The notes: a model not told the origin generated them from the letters alone. Numbered from the stretch's first letter, positions 1 through 7,954 are shown. The stretch is 10,336 bases of DNA from a bacterium (GCA_046758365.1 JBHIAC010000120.1:1-10336), one strand, 5' to 3'. Made by a program: numbers and translations.

Positions 1-4
1 TGAG

Positions 5-55
5 ATTCCCCGAATCGAGTTCGGGACAGGCCGGCTTAAAGATTGCCGGAATGAC
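5..55. repeat. REP-like palindromic element (ATT..CCGGC-N9-GCCGGAATGAC) containing a second 23-nt hairpin element; may extend left of the window
   Basis: Hairpin CCCGAA(9-14)/TTCGGG(20-25) and hairpin CCGGC(31-35)/GCCGG(45-49). The minus strand begins GTCATTCCGGC, typical of GTC-tagged palindromic repeats. It lies just downstream of the 104..946 gene. Copy number elsewhere in the genome cannot be seen. Confidence 0.65.
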
Positions 56-103
56 CTTGATGGTCGAGTTTTCGTTCAAACACTAATTAGCAATAAATAT
101 ATG

Positions 104-946
104 CTAAATCAGCCCTTCATGAGGCTGCATAAAAGCAACAACAAAAGTTATGATGACAACTAACCAAATAGTTACATATAGAGGCACAAATCTTTTTCTT
201 TTCACGAGTATTTCCGGATACTTTATTTCTTTTCCCGCAAATTTGCCCCGCGGCTTGCTTGGAAAGAAAAAAGTTTTGTAGGTTTCAATGGTGCCGACCG
301 TGTATCCTAACGCGCCCATGGAAATAAGCACGTAGTTAACCGCAAAATTGGCAAGTATCAAAGCACAAATCAGCGCAATAACTGGGCTGCGAAAAAACTT
401 AAGGAGTTCAAAGCCCTCTTTGGGGGCATCTTTCCAGGCGCCGCCAATAGCCGAAATCCACCCGCCAATACTGCCAATAGCTAGTACCACAATCAAGCTG
501 GGCACTCTAAAGTCTACTTTTTGTAAATAATTGATACCATAAACTACAAGCAACACACCTGTCATATAAGCAGCACCAACCGATAAACGGAGCGCCCGAC
601 TATTTACTACCTCACCCTTTACACTAAACTGCATGGGAATGAAATACTTAGATTGGTCTTCTTCACGTAAAAAGGTTTTGTAAAATTCGACCATAGCGCG
701 TTCTATAACATAAGTAAAGCCGTACAGTACCACCATGTTAGGAGCATTGGTCACATTAAGTTTCGTGATAAGCACAACCACGACAGCGATGAGCCCGCTG
801 AGTATTGTACTGCGAAAATATTTCCTCCAAGTGAATCCTTCGTAAGGCGCATCCTTGTACATACCCCAAGTGGCGGAGTGGGTACCTGCAATGAGTCCGA
901 TGATGAGAGCGCTGAGTAGATTCATAAGCGGTTCATTTGCCTCCAT
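104..946 (-). CDS. Uncharacterised integral membrane protein (about 8 TM segments) with a two-fold internal repeat
   Basis: 280-aa ORF with multiple hydrophobic segments. Repeated motifs: GMYKDAPYEGFTWRKYFRS (aa 28-46) / GAWKDAPKEGFELLKFFRS (aa 169-187) and EFYKTF (87-92) / ETYKTF (221-226). The ATG at 946 is 3 nt after the upstream stop; an alternative ATG lies at 925. Confidence 0.85.
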   Translation of the reverse strand: MEANEPLMNLLSALIIGLIAGTHSATWGMYKDAPYEGFTWRKYFRSTILSGLIAVVVVLITKLNVTNAPNMVVLYGFTYVIERAMVEFYKTFLREEDQSKYFIPMQFSVKGEVVNSRALRLSVGAAYMTGVLLVVYGINYLQKVDFRVPSLIVVLAIGSIGGWISAIGGAWKDAPKEGFELLKFFRSPVIALICALILANFAVNYVLISMGALGYTVGTIETYKTFFFPSKPRGKFAGKEIKYPEILVKRKRFVPLYVTIWLVVIITFVVAFMQPHEGLI

Positions 947-949
947 TGA

Positions 950-1921
950 TTAATTGTTAAGTGATTGATATATATCCTCTATTAGCTTCAAATCTATTTG
1001 TGCCAAATCGAGACTGAACTGGGGATCTTTATCCTCGCGCAAACATTGAATGAAATCCTGGAACATGTTCTTGTAACCAGCGATGTCGGCGAGTTTCGGA
1101 ATGATAAAACGTTTCTTTTTTCCTCTAACAAAAATAAAAACTCCGTTAGATTCAAAGGTAATAGAACCTTTCGTTCCATATATTTTTGAAAGCCGCAGTC
1201 CTTTGAACAGTGAGGGTATTTCCCAGGAATAATAAAAAGCGCCTACCGGACCTTCTTCATACTGGATGGCCACGAGCATGCTCTTTTCCAGGCCCTTTTT
1301 TGCGCCCGGACGAAAGCCACGCGCATATTTGATTTTTAGTCCTAAATTGGCGATAAAATTAATCCAGTGGATACCGCCTTCAAACAGGGCTCCGCCGCCG
1401 GAAACAGAAGCGTCATCTCGCCAATCTTCGGTTTTTTGTTTTTTGAGGGCATTTACATGGACAAATCGCACGTCACCGATGAGTCCTTCGCTAATGATTT
1501 GCCGCAGTCTTATGGCCAGGGGTTTGTAAAAGTAATTTTCAGCCACCAGAATGCGCCGGCCGGTCTCAGCCTGCACTTGACGGACCCTGTCAAAATCGGT
1601 TGAGTGTAAAAATGGTGGTTTTTCTACGATGACATGCTTACCCGCACGCAAGGCCTGCAAGGTTAGTTCGAGATGTTGCACTGGCGGAGTGGCCACCAGA
1701 ATGACATCCATGTTTGGGTCATTGATGGCGGCATTATACGACTCGAAATATCCATGACCTTTATATTTACGGCAATAGGCGATCGCTTTCTCTTTGTTTC
1801 TGCTGGCGTAATATCGACGAACCTTATCGTTAAGACCAGTTAAAGTTTTACTGTGGAGTCTGGTAGCGAAACCACAGCCGAGGAAAGCAAGATTTAGTGT
1901 TTTTTCTTTAAGTTCAGCCAA
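950..1921 (-). CDS. Gfo/Idh/MocA family NAD(P)-dependent oxidoreductase
   Basis: Rossmann start LNLAFLGCG, plus DVILVATPP, H..LTLQALRAGKHVIVEKP and GGGALFEGGIH. Start reassigned from 2071 to the TTG at 1921: AGGAG at 1937-1933 overlaps the upstream TAG, and this start removes a 136-nt overlap with the GMC gene. Confidence 0.9.
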   Translation of the reverse strand: MAELKEKTLNLAFLGCGFATRLHSKTLTGLNDKVRRYYASRNKEKAIAYCRKYKGHGYFESYNAAINDPNMDVILVATPPVQHLELTLQALRAGKHVIVEKPPFLHSTDFDRVRQVQAETGRRILVAENYFYKPLAIRLRQIISEGLIGDVRFVHVNALKKQKTEDWRDDASVSGGGALFEGGIHWINFIANLGLKIKYARGFRPGAKKGLEKSMLVAIQYEEGPVGAFYYSWEIPSLFKGLRLSKIYGTKGSITFESNGVFIFVRGKKKRFIIPKLADIAGYKNMFQDFIQCLREDKDPQFSLDLAQIDLKLIEDIYQSLNN

Positions 1922-1935
1922 TTTTAAATACGCTC

Positions 1936-3501
1936 CTAAAAATTTTGCACAATATATTCGCCTACTCGCAGGGCATTGGCTGAAATGGTTAGACTGGGAT
2001 TCAGCCCGCCTGAAGTAGGCATAAAACTTCCGTCCACTACAAAAAGGTTTTCGACACCACGGAACTGACAATACGGATCAAGAGCCGAGGTTTTTGGCTC
2101 TTCGCCCATGCGCACCGTACCAACCGCATGGGAAAAGGTTTTAATTTTATGGATGTAACAAAACAAAGCGCCGGCTTTGTGTAGAATTTTTTTGGCTTTA
2201 TTGATTAATGCTCTTCGAGCGGAGTAGTCACGCTTTGTGTAATGATGAGTGACAAGTAGCTGCGGCAGGCCAAAGCGGTCGGTTGTTCGCCAGTCAATAG
2301 CTACATAATTTTCATAACGAGGTTGATCTTCAGCCATGACTAGAAGCCCGGTCAAATGTTTTACCGCGAATCCCAGAATTTGCCCTAAGGGTTTCGGCAA
2401 CAGGGCGTGCACCAGGCCAATCGGCGGGGTCTGTACCTGCTGTATACTTCCCAGTTTTCGGAAAGGTTTGTTTATCGTTGGATGTCCGAAATAGAAATCG
2501 TGTATGCCAAGTTGTTTATGAAATTGATTGGCCTTGTCAGGAGGACTTGGAAAGGAGCCAAAGGCAATAGCGTTGCAGTGACGCATTAAATAACGACCGA
2601 TGGTATGTCCTCCTGGGTTTTGACGCTGTAGTTTAGAAGCTAACAGTAGATGAGGGGAAGCCATGGCACCCGCAGAAAGGATAAACAACTTGGCAGAATA
2701 GTTTACTTTTTGGCTTGCCTTTTTGTCGAAACATTCCACATGAGTGATCCGATGACCATTTAAAACAAACTTTACAGCAGCCGTGTTTGCCTTCAACTCA
2801 AGTCCTTTGTTCATAAGTGCGGGGATCACACAAGTGGCCAGATCATTTTTGGCTTGGACTGCGCAGGCAAAGGTGTCGCAGGTAGTGCAGGCCTGACATG
2901 GTGTTCGCTCATTATTGGACAAATAGTTAATGGCCAGCGGCAGACGAAAGGGACTTAAACCCAACTCTTGCGACGCCGTTTGAATCATTCTCGAAGTGTG
3001 GGAAAGCTCATTAAGCGCCTGCGGATATGGAGCACTACGATAAGGCTCGGTTGGATCACCGCCAGCTTCTCCAGCGATGTTTAGAATTTTTTCCGCACAA
3101 GTGTAGTACGGTTCCAACTCAGTGTATTTAAAAGGCCAACAAGCGCCTGAATCTCCGACGATTTCTGGGTCAGATTCAAAGTCGGCTTCGCGCAATCGCA
3201 TGGAAACGCCGCCATAAAACACCGAGGGACCCCCTACACAGGTGTAAGTTCCCATAATTTTATTGTTACCACCCGCCAACACCTGATACGGAGTTTCTTT
3301 GGAGAAAAAGGGCGTTAAGTCTACCGAGCCATTAGGAGCCCAGTTATCAAGTCCACGCGGCACCCAATCACCTCGCTCGAGCATGAGCACCTTGAGCCCA
3401 GCATTAACTAAAACATGCGCTACCATCGACCCACCGAAACCACTACCAATGATGATGGCATCATAAACCATACTTTTATTTTCGTTTATACGACTTAACA
3501 T
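1936..3501 (-). CDS. GMC-superfamily FAD-dependent oxidoreductase with Cys cluster
   Basis: YDAIIIGSGFGG...VLMLERG FAD-binding motif, VGGPSVFYGG, FILSAGAMASPHLLLAS, catalytic His in SHAVGTVRMG, and NLFVVDGSFMPTSGGLNPSLTI (Asn). Start is uncertain: ATG at 3471, 3501 or 3555. Confidence 0.92.
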   Translation of the reverse strand: MLSRINENKSMVYDAIIIGSGFGGSMVAHVLVNAGLKVLMLERGDWVPRGLDNWAPNGSVDLTPFFSKETPYQVLAGGNNKIMGTYTCVGGPSVFYGGVSMRLREADFESDPEIVGDSGACWPFKYTELEPYYTCAEKILNIAGEAGGDPTEPYRSAPYPQALNELSHTSRMIQTASQELGLSPFRLPLAINYLSNNERTPCQACTTCDTFACAVQAKNDLATCVIPALMNKGLELKANTAAVKFVLNGHRITHVECFDKKASQKVNYSAKLFILSAGAMASPHLLLASKLQRQNPGGHTIGRYLMRHCNAIAFGSFPSPPDKANQFHKQLGIHDFYFGHPTINKPFRKLGSIQQVQTPPIGLVHALLPKPLGQILGFAVKHLTGLLVMAEDQPRYENYVAIDWRTTDRFGLPQLLVTHHYTKRDYSARRALINKAKKILHKAGALFCYIHKIKTFSHAVGTVRMGEEPKTSALDPYCQFRGVENLFVVDGSFMPTSGGLNPSLTISANALRVGEYIVQNF

Positions 3502-3630
3502 CGCAATACATTTAAAACGCCTCTTACTATTAACCAGCAAGGGGCGTTTGTCCATTAAGAATTAATTTGTAGGTTTTCTTGGGAATTAGTGCGAAGTCGA
3601 TTCCTTCCCACCCGATTTTATTACAATTTA

Positions 3631-3665
3631 ATTATAAAGATAACCTATTTACAATAAAAAATCAA
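3631..3665 (-). promoter_or_regulatory. Putative sigma70 promoter of the GMC operon
   Basis: TTGATT (3665-3660) - 17 nt - TATCTT (3642-3637), immediately followed by a perfect TATAAT (3636-3631). The context is AT-rich, so a chance match is possible. Confidence 0.5.
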
Positions 3666-3743
3666 GATTTTTGGTAGGTTTTGATCTGATTGAAAGAAAA
3701 GAAAAAAGCAGAATTCTATCTCTGCAGGCAAGATTTATTAATC

Positions 3744-3857
3744 TTATAATTCTACTCCCGAAGTCAATATTTCCCGCAGCATTGGATTATTCGATGCTTT
3801 CATCTTCTCTACCTCATCAAGGGTATAAGGGAATAAGGTATAAGGTTTAGCAGTCAT
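3744..3857 (-). pseudogene. C-terminal remnant of a minimal nucleotidyltransferase (MNT)-like protein, readable as a 37-aa ORF
   Basis: Manual translation gives MTAKPYTLFPYTLDEVEKMKASNNPMLREILTSGVEL*. FPYTxxE...NPxxRExLxxGxxL resembles the C-terminus of MNT-domain proteins. The N-terminal GS..DxD catalytic region is absent. Confidence 0.55.
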
Positions 3858-3913
3858 GTAAGATAAGTAATCCTTATATCCTTATATCCTTATCTCCCTA
3901 TATCTTTATTTCC
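3819..3913. repeat. Inverted pair of short tandem arrays (7-8 nt unit)
   Basis: Left arm: AAGGGTAT AAGGGAAT AAGGTAT AAGGTTT (3819-3848). Right arm: TCCTTATA TCCTTATA TCCTTATC TCCCTATA TCTTTATT TCC (3871-3913). The units are approximate reverse complements (TATAAGG/CCTTATA). Confidence 0.85.
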
Positions 3914-3980
3914 GTGTTGCGGTGCTGCCCCTTTTGGACAAAATTTTCATGCCCCAAAAAACAAATATTTGATTGGTAAT

Positions 3981-4009
3981 ACTATAATGGTTTTACTTTA
4001 AGAAATCAA
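3981..4009 (-). promoter_or_regulatory. Putative sigma70 promoter just downstream of the TRAP permease stop
   Basis: TTGATT (4009-4004) - 17 nt - TATAGT (3986-3981); points into the repeat array and MNT remnant. Confidence 0.5.
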
Positions 4010-4033
4010 GGAAGGTTGCTAATTGGTTAAGAA

Positions 4034-5887
4034 TCAATGCCCGAAGAGTTCTAAAACACCCACGGTCAATGCCGGGACGTAAGTAATCAACAAAACCCAG
4101 GCGGCAAAGATCACCAGAAAGGGTACAACCGTGCGCCAGATCTCAAACAGCGGACGCTTAAAACGCAAAGAGGAGAGAAAGAGATTCATACCCACAGGAG
4201 GTGTAAGATAGCCCAATTCAAGATTTGCCAGAAAAATCACGCCAAGGTGTGCGGGATCGATTCCGAAAGCCATGCCAATCGGAACGATTAATGGGACGAC
4301 GATTACGATAGCTGAGAAAATATCCATTAATGCGCCGACCAGAAGTAGCATACTATTAAGAACCAATAGGAAAACTAGCTTCGAATTTATAGCACCTTGT
4401 ACCCATTCAATTGCCCGTTGTGGGATTTCGGCATCCACCATATAGGAAACGAGTCCCAGTGCTAAGCCCATCACGGCCAAGAGTGCGCCTACGAGTACAG
4501 CCGATTCAATCATGGCCTTGGGTAGATCGCTGCGCAAGTTGAGCCGTCTATGAAAAATGGTCTCCAGCAGAATGGCCCAAAAAGCCGTGAGGGCGGCGGT
4601 CTCTACCAAGGTCATCATGCCACCGAATAGACCAACCAGCACTACAATGGGTAATATCAAGTATCCTTTGGCAGACCAAGTTGCGGCCGCGGCTTCTCGC
4701 AATTCGAATTTTGGTTTTTGCAATTTCCGATGCCGCCCCATATATAAGCTGAAACCAGCTAACATGGCCACAAGCAGTACGCCTGGCACAAATGCTGCCA
4801 TGAAAAGACGGTCAATCGCCACCCGACCGTAAATGCCGTAAAGAATTACCGGTAAGCTTGGCGGGAATAGCAGTCCAACAGAACCGGAGGCTGTGAGCAG
4901 GCCAATGCTGAAGCGCTCCTTGTGTTTTACGGCTAGCATTATAGGTAACAGCAATGCCCCTAAAGCTAAGATTGTGACACCAGAGGCGCCTGTGAGTGCT
5001 GTAAACATTGCGCAGGCAATGACCGTAGACAGAGACGGGCCACCAGGCAACCAGCTCGTCCATGCCTGAACCAGGCGGACCAGCCTACGAGGCGCCTCCC
5101 CTGCTGCCAGCACCGTTCCAGCCAGTGCAAACAAAGGTATGCTTGGCAGAACGGGCTGGGTAACAATTCGATAGGTTTCTGCGGGTATTGCGGCAATGGG
5201 AATCTCGGCGGTATAAAATAACACAAGACCGGCTCCGCCTAAAACCGCATAGAGCGGCATACCCAATATGGCTAACAGTAACATCACAAAAAGACCTGGG
5301 TTGGTAAGGTGGGGCCTTAATCCCTCTGGGAGCAGGGTTAACGCTGGGCCTAAAAGCATAGCCAACAGCAACAAAAATAATCGCGTATGCCGATCACGCG
5401 CACTTGTCAGGACCGTGCCAAAGGCCATACATAAAAAAGCTAACGGCATGGCCAACTGAGCGATCCAGATTGGTAGCCATCCGCCTAACATTTCTGGGCT
5501 ATCCCTTTGGCTATGTACCAGTATAATTGAGGCCCAAGTCAGACAGAGGAGAATGCTGACGGCGCCGGTTCCGCTCAGGAAGTTGAACAAAGATTTGAAT
5601 CTTTTCACTCTCAAAATTTTGGCGGTGGCAATAGAAAGGTGACGGTTTTGAAAGGTTGCTAAGATTGCACCCAGCATGCCGAGCCAGAGAGTTAGGTGCT
5701 GCACCCAGCGGGCTGCACCCGGAATTCCAATCCCAGAAAAGCGACGCCCCACCATCTCAAGTAAAGGAATCATGACCATGGCAAATAAAGCCATTGCCAT
5801 GAGCCCAGAGGCTATGCGAACAACCAGATTCTTGATTTTCGATATATCGATATCGAAGTAGCTGGCAGCGATAACATTAACGTCCAT
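4034..5887 (-). CDS. dctM: TRAP transporter fused small+large permease (DctQM)
   Basis: N-terminal DctQ-like region (WVQHLTLWLGMLGAILA..NRHLSI) followed by DctM motifs SIPLFALAG, GSVGLLFPPSLPVILYG and ELGYLTPPVGMNLF. The ATG at 5887 overlaps the dctP end by 11 nt and is preferred over 5953. Confidence 0.93.
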   Translation of the reverse strand: MDVNVIAASYFDIDISKIKNLVVRIASGLMAMALFAMVMIPLLEMVGRRFSGIGIPGAARWVQHLTLWLGMLGAILATFQNRHLSIATAKILRVKRFKSLFNFLSGTGAVSILLCLTWASIILVHSQRDSPEMLGGWLPIWIAQLAMPLAFLCMAFGTVLTSARDRHTRLFLLLLAMLLGPALTLLPEGLRPHLTNPGLFVMLLLAILGMPLYAVLGGAGLVLFYTAEIPIAAIPAETYRIVTQPVLPSIPLFALAGTVLAAGEAPRRLVRLVQAWTSWLPGGPSLSTVIACAMFTALTGASGVTILALGALLLPIMLAVKHKERFSIGLLTASGSVGLLFPPSLPVILYGIYGRVAIDRLFMAAFVPGVLLVAMLAGFSLYMGRHRKLQKPKFELREAAAATWSAKGYLILPIVVLVGLFGGMMTLVETAALTAFWAILLETIFHRRLNLRSDLPKAMIESAVLVGALLAVMGLALGLVSYMVDAEIPQRAIEWVQGAINSKLVFLLVLNSMLLLVGALMDIFSAIVIVVPLIVPIGMAFGIDPAHLGVIFLANLELGYLTPPVGMNLFLSSLRFKRPLFEIWRTVVPFLVIFAAWVLLITYVPALTVGVLELFGH

Positions 5888-6935
5888 TAGTCGAGATTTC
5901 ACCTGCGGCTTGTAAAGCGTCATCAAACCATTCTTCAGGAACGATTGGACCACGGATTTTAGGATAAACAGCTTCTATAACCGTGCGCCATTCTTTCGCC
6001 TGTTTTTCAGTGGGCTTAATTACTTTTAGGCTCCGCTTCTGCATCTCAGCAATCGCCTCCGCTTCCATCCGGCGGATTTCTACCTGGAGTCGTGAGCCGA
6101 TCTTCTGGGCAATCTGTTTCAACAGCGGACGTAGCGTCTCAGGTATCTTATGCCAGGCTTGACAGCTAACCACAGTAGCCCCAACCAAAGGGGCCCAGGG
6201 CATATCAATCATATAGGGGGTAAAAGGGAACCATTGGCTTGCTAAAGCCATAATAGGGGTGGTGTTGAATGCATTTATCATGCCGGTTTGAAGACCAGGT
6301 AGGATGTCCGTTGCAGATAAAGGAATAGCATTGAAGCCCGAGGCCTTCCAAATTTCCAGTGTTCTATCATCGCCAGCCCAGACGAATAGCTTGGCCTTTT
6401 TCACTGTTTTAACGGAGGGATCGGATTCTGGCACAAAGAATCGAACCCAACCTGCGTCCCCCCAATTGAGTACGATAAAACCCCTTTCTTCCAGAAGCGC
6501 TTCCAGACGCGGAGCCATAACTTTTCTCACCCGGTCTAAATCTTCCCAAGACTCTACAGCCATCGGGATGGTCAATACTGTAATTTCAGTAGCAATACGG
6601 CTCAAGCCACTGTTGCTAATGGCAGCGGCTTGTAATTGGCCAATGCGTATCTTGCGAACCATGTCTGATTCATCCCCAGCTACGCCACCTGGGTAAATTC
6701 GCAGTACGACTTGACCATTACTGGCTTGTGACCATTCGGCCGCCATGTTTTTAAGAATCTCATGCCAGGGGGATCCTCTAGGGGCCAAGGTGGCCAGTTT
6801 GATAATAATAGGCTTGATATCTTTAGCTTTAGAAAAAGGGTTGGCATTTAAAGATGTGGCAATGGTTTGAAATGTTAAGCATACAAAGACTAATGTCTTA
6901 GCTAATATTTTGCTGCTTAGATAAGGGCTCATCAT
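5877..6935 (-). CDS. dctP: TRAP substrate-binding protein DctP (TatP-T type)
   Basis: Signal-peptide-like N-terminus; IKLATLAPRGSPW, IYPGGVAGDESDMVRKIRIGQLQAA and DILPGLQTGMINA. GGAGG RBS at 6947-6943. Confidence 0.93.
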   Translation of the reverse strand: MMSPYLSSKILAKTLVFVCLTFQTIATSLNANPFSKAKDIKPIIIKLATLAPRGSPWHEILKNMAAEWSQASNGQVVLRIYPGGVAGDESDMVRKIRIGQLQAAAISNSGLSRIATEITVLTIPMAVESWEDLDRVRKVMAPRLEALLEERGFIVLNWGDAGWVRFFVPESDPSVKTVKKAKLFVWAGDDRTLEIWKASGFNAIPLSATDILPGLQTGMINAFNTTPIMALASQWFPFTPYMIDMPWAPLVGATVVSCQAWHKIPETLRPLLKQIAQKIGSRLQVEIRRMEAEAIAEMQKRSLKVIKPTEKQAKEWRTVIEAVYPKIRGPIVPEEWFDDALQAAGEISTNGR

Positions 6936-6976
6936 GAGACATCCTCCATTTGTCTGTCCGTGACTTTAAAATTTTA

Positions 6977-7954
6977 CTAATTTGTGTGTGGTTCTTTTTT
7001 TTCTTTAATTTCATCATCCACGAAAAATAGCTCATCAATATTATCAAGCAATTCTTCGGCCCGACGTTGCGCCAGGATGTTCGATAAGCGTTTCTCCGGG
7101 TAAAGGTTGACGTCAAAAGCTAATGCTTTTAATAGGAGTGACTTGAAGCGGTTTCGGTTCTGTTGTCGAACGCAAACCGTCTCAGCCAGTGAGACCAAAG
7201 GCGTTATTGAACGACCGCCGTTAAGTTCCATGGCGCGAGCGACGTGGGTTTCTGCTGGTTCTATTCCGCCACCGTCAGCCTCAGAACGGCCTGCTTCAAA
7301 GACCAGGAAGAATTCGTGGATGGCGCCGTCCCCCCAGCTTTCGTTCAGTTCTAGGGCTCGTTGCAACAGCGACCGCACAATTGGCACGTCACCGACCAGG
7401 GCCATATCGTCTTTTGCAACCGAGATAGCGGAACCCCAAGCCGCACCAGTCCAATAAAGTGCTGGGACATCTGCACGATCGAGTTTGGCAACAGCGGCTA
7501 ATGGGTCGTTGATCAGCGCTTGGGTAATTCCAGGTGAGCTTAATTCCAAGGCCCTTAATCCATATTCACGTGCTCTAAGGAATAAGCGTTTGGCTCTGGC
7601 CCGACCTTTACGGGCCACCGCAAGGTCATGAGATTCCAAAGAGTTAGCTGGCCACAGTACATAAGCGTGAGCATACTGGACGAATCCCGATGCAGCCGTG
7701 ATCAGCAGCCCCTTGTGCTTTGGAGTTATCTGCAGTAATGATTCTGTTGTTTTGAGAGCGAAAGGCAGGGCCTCACCAACGAGTTCGGGATCGTCATCTG
7801 TAGCATATACACTGCTACTTTCGCTTATCAATGCATCAGCCAGTGAGTTTACGGCCAGGCGTTTTAGGGAGCAGCCATTAAAGAAAAAAATCAGAGTGAC
7901 TATACATATAAGGATGTCAAAAAATTTCAAATTAACACAACTGGCTGAAGACAT
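6977..7954 (-). CDS. tatT: TRAP transporter T-component (TatT), predicted lipoprotein
   Basis: Hydrophobic stretch and lipobox-like FFFNG-C, then DDDPELVGEALPFALK, ARAKRLFLRAREYGLRAL, VPALYWTGAAWG and N.LAQRRA..LL...DELF. Directly upstream of dctP. Start is uncertain; ATG 7954 gives a plausible signal length, whereas the ORF track starts at 8065. Confidence 0.88.
   Translation of the reverse strand: MSSASCVNLKFFDILICIVTLIFFFNGCSLKRLAVNSLADALISESSSVYATDDDPELVGEALPFALKTTESLLQITPKHKGLLITAASGFVQYAHAYVLWPANSLESHDLAVARKGRARAKRLFLRAREYGLRALELSSPGITQALINDPLAAVAKLDRADVPALYWTGAAWGSAISVAKDDMALVGDVPIVRSLLQRALELNESWGDGAIHEFFLVFEAGRSEADGGGIEPAETHVARAMELNGGRSITPLVSLAETVCVRQQNRNRFKSLLLKALAFDVNLYPEKRLSNILAQRRAEELLDNIDELFFVDDEIKEKKEPHTN

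Noticed and set aside
1922..2071. N-terminal 50-aa extension of the Gfo/Idh/MocA ORF
   Set aside because: Overlaps the conserved GMC C-terminus; a better RBS + TTG start exists at 1921.
348..2589. Short ORFs 348..530, 994..1179, 998..1189, 1266..1529, 1367..1603, 2407..2589
   Set aside because: All lie fully inside well-supported genes (antisense or alternative frame) and show no recognisable motifs.
3819..3913. Possible CRISPR array or iteron set
   Set aside because: Units are only 7-8 nt, contiguous and without unique spacers; there are no cas or rep genes in the window.
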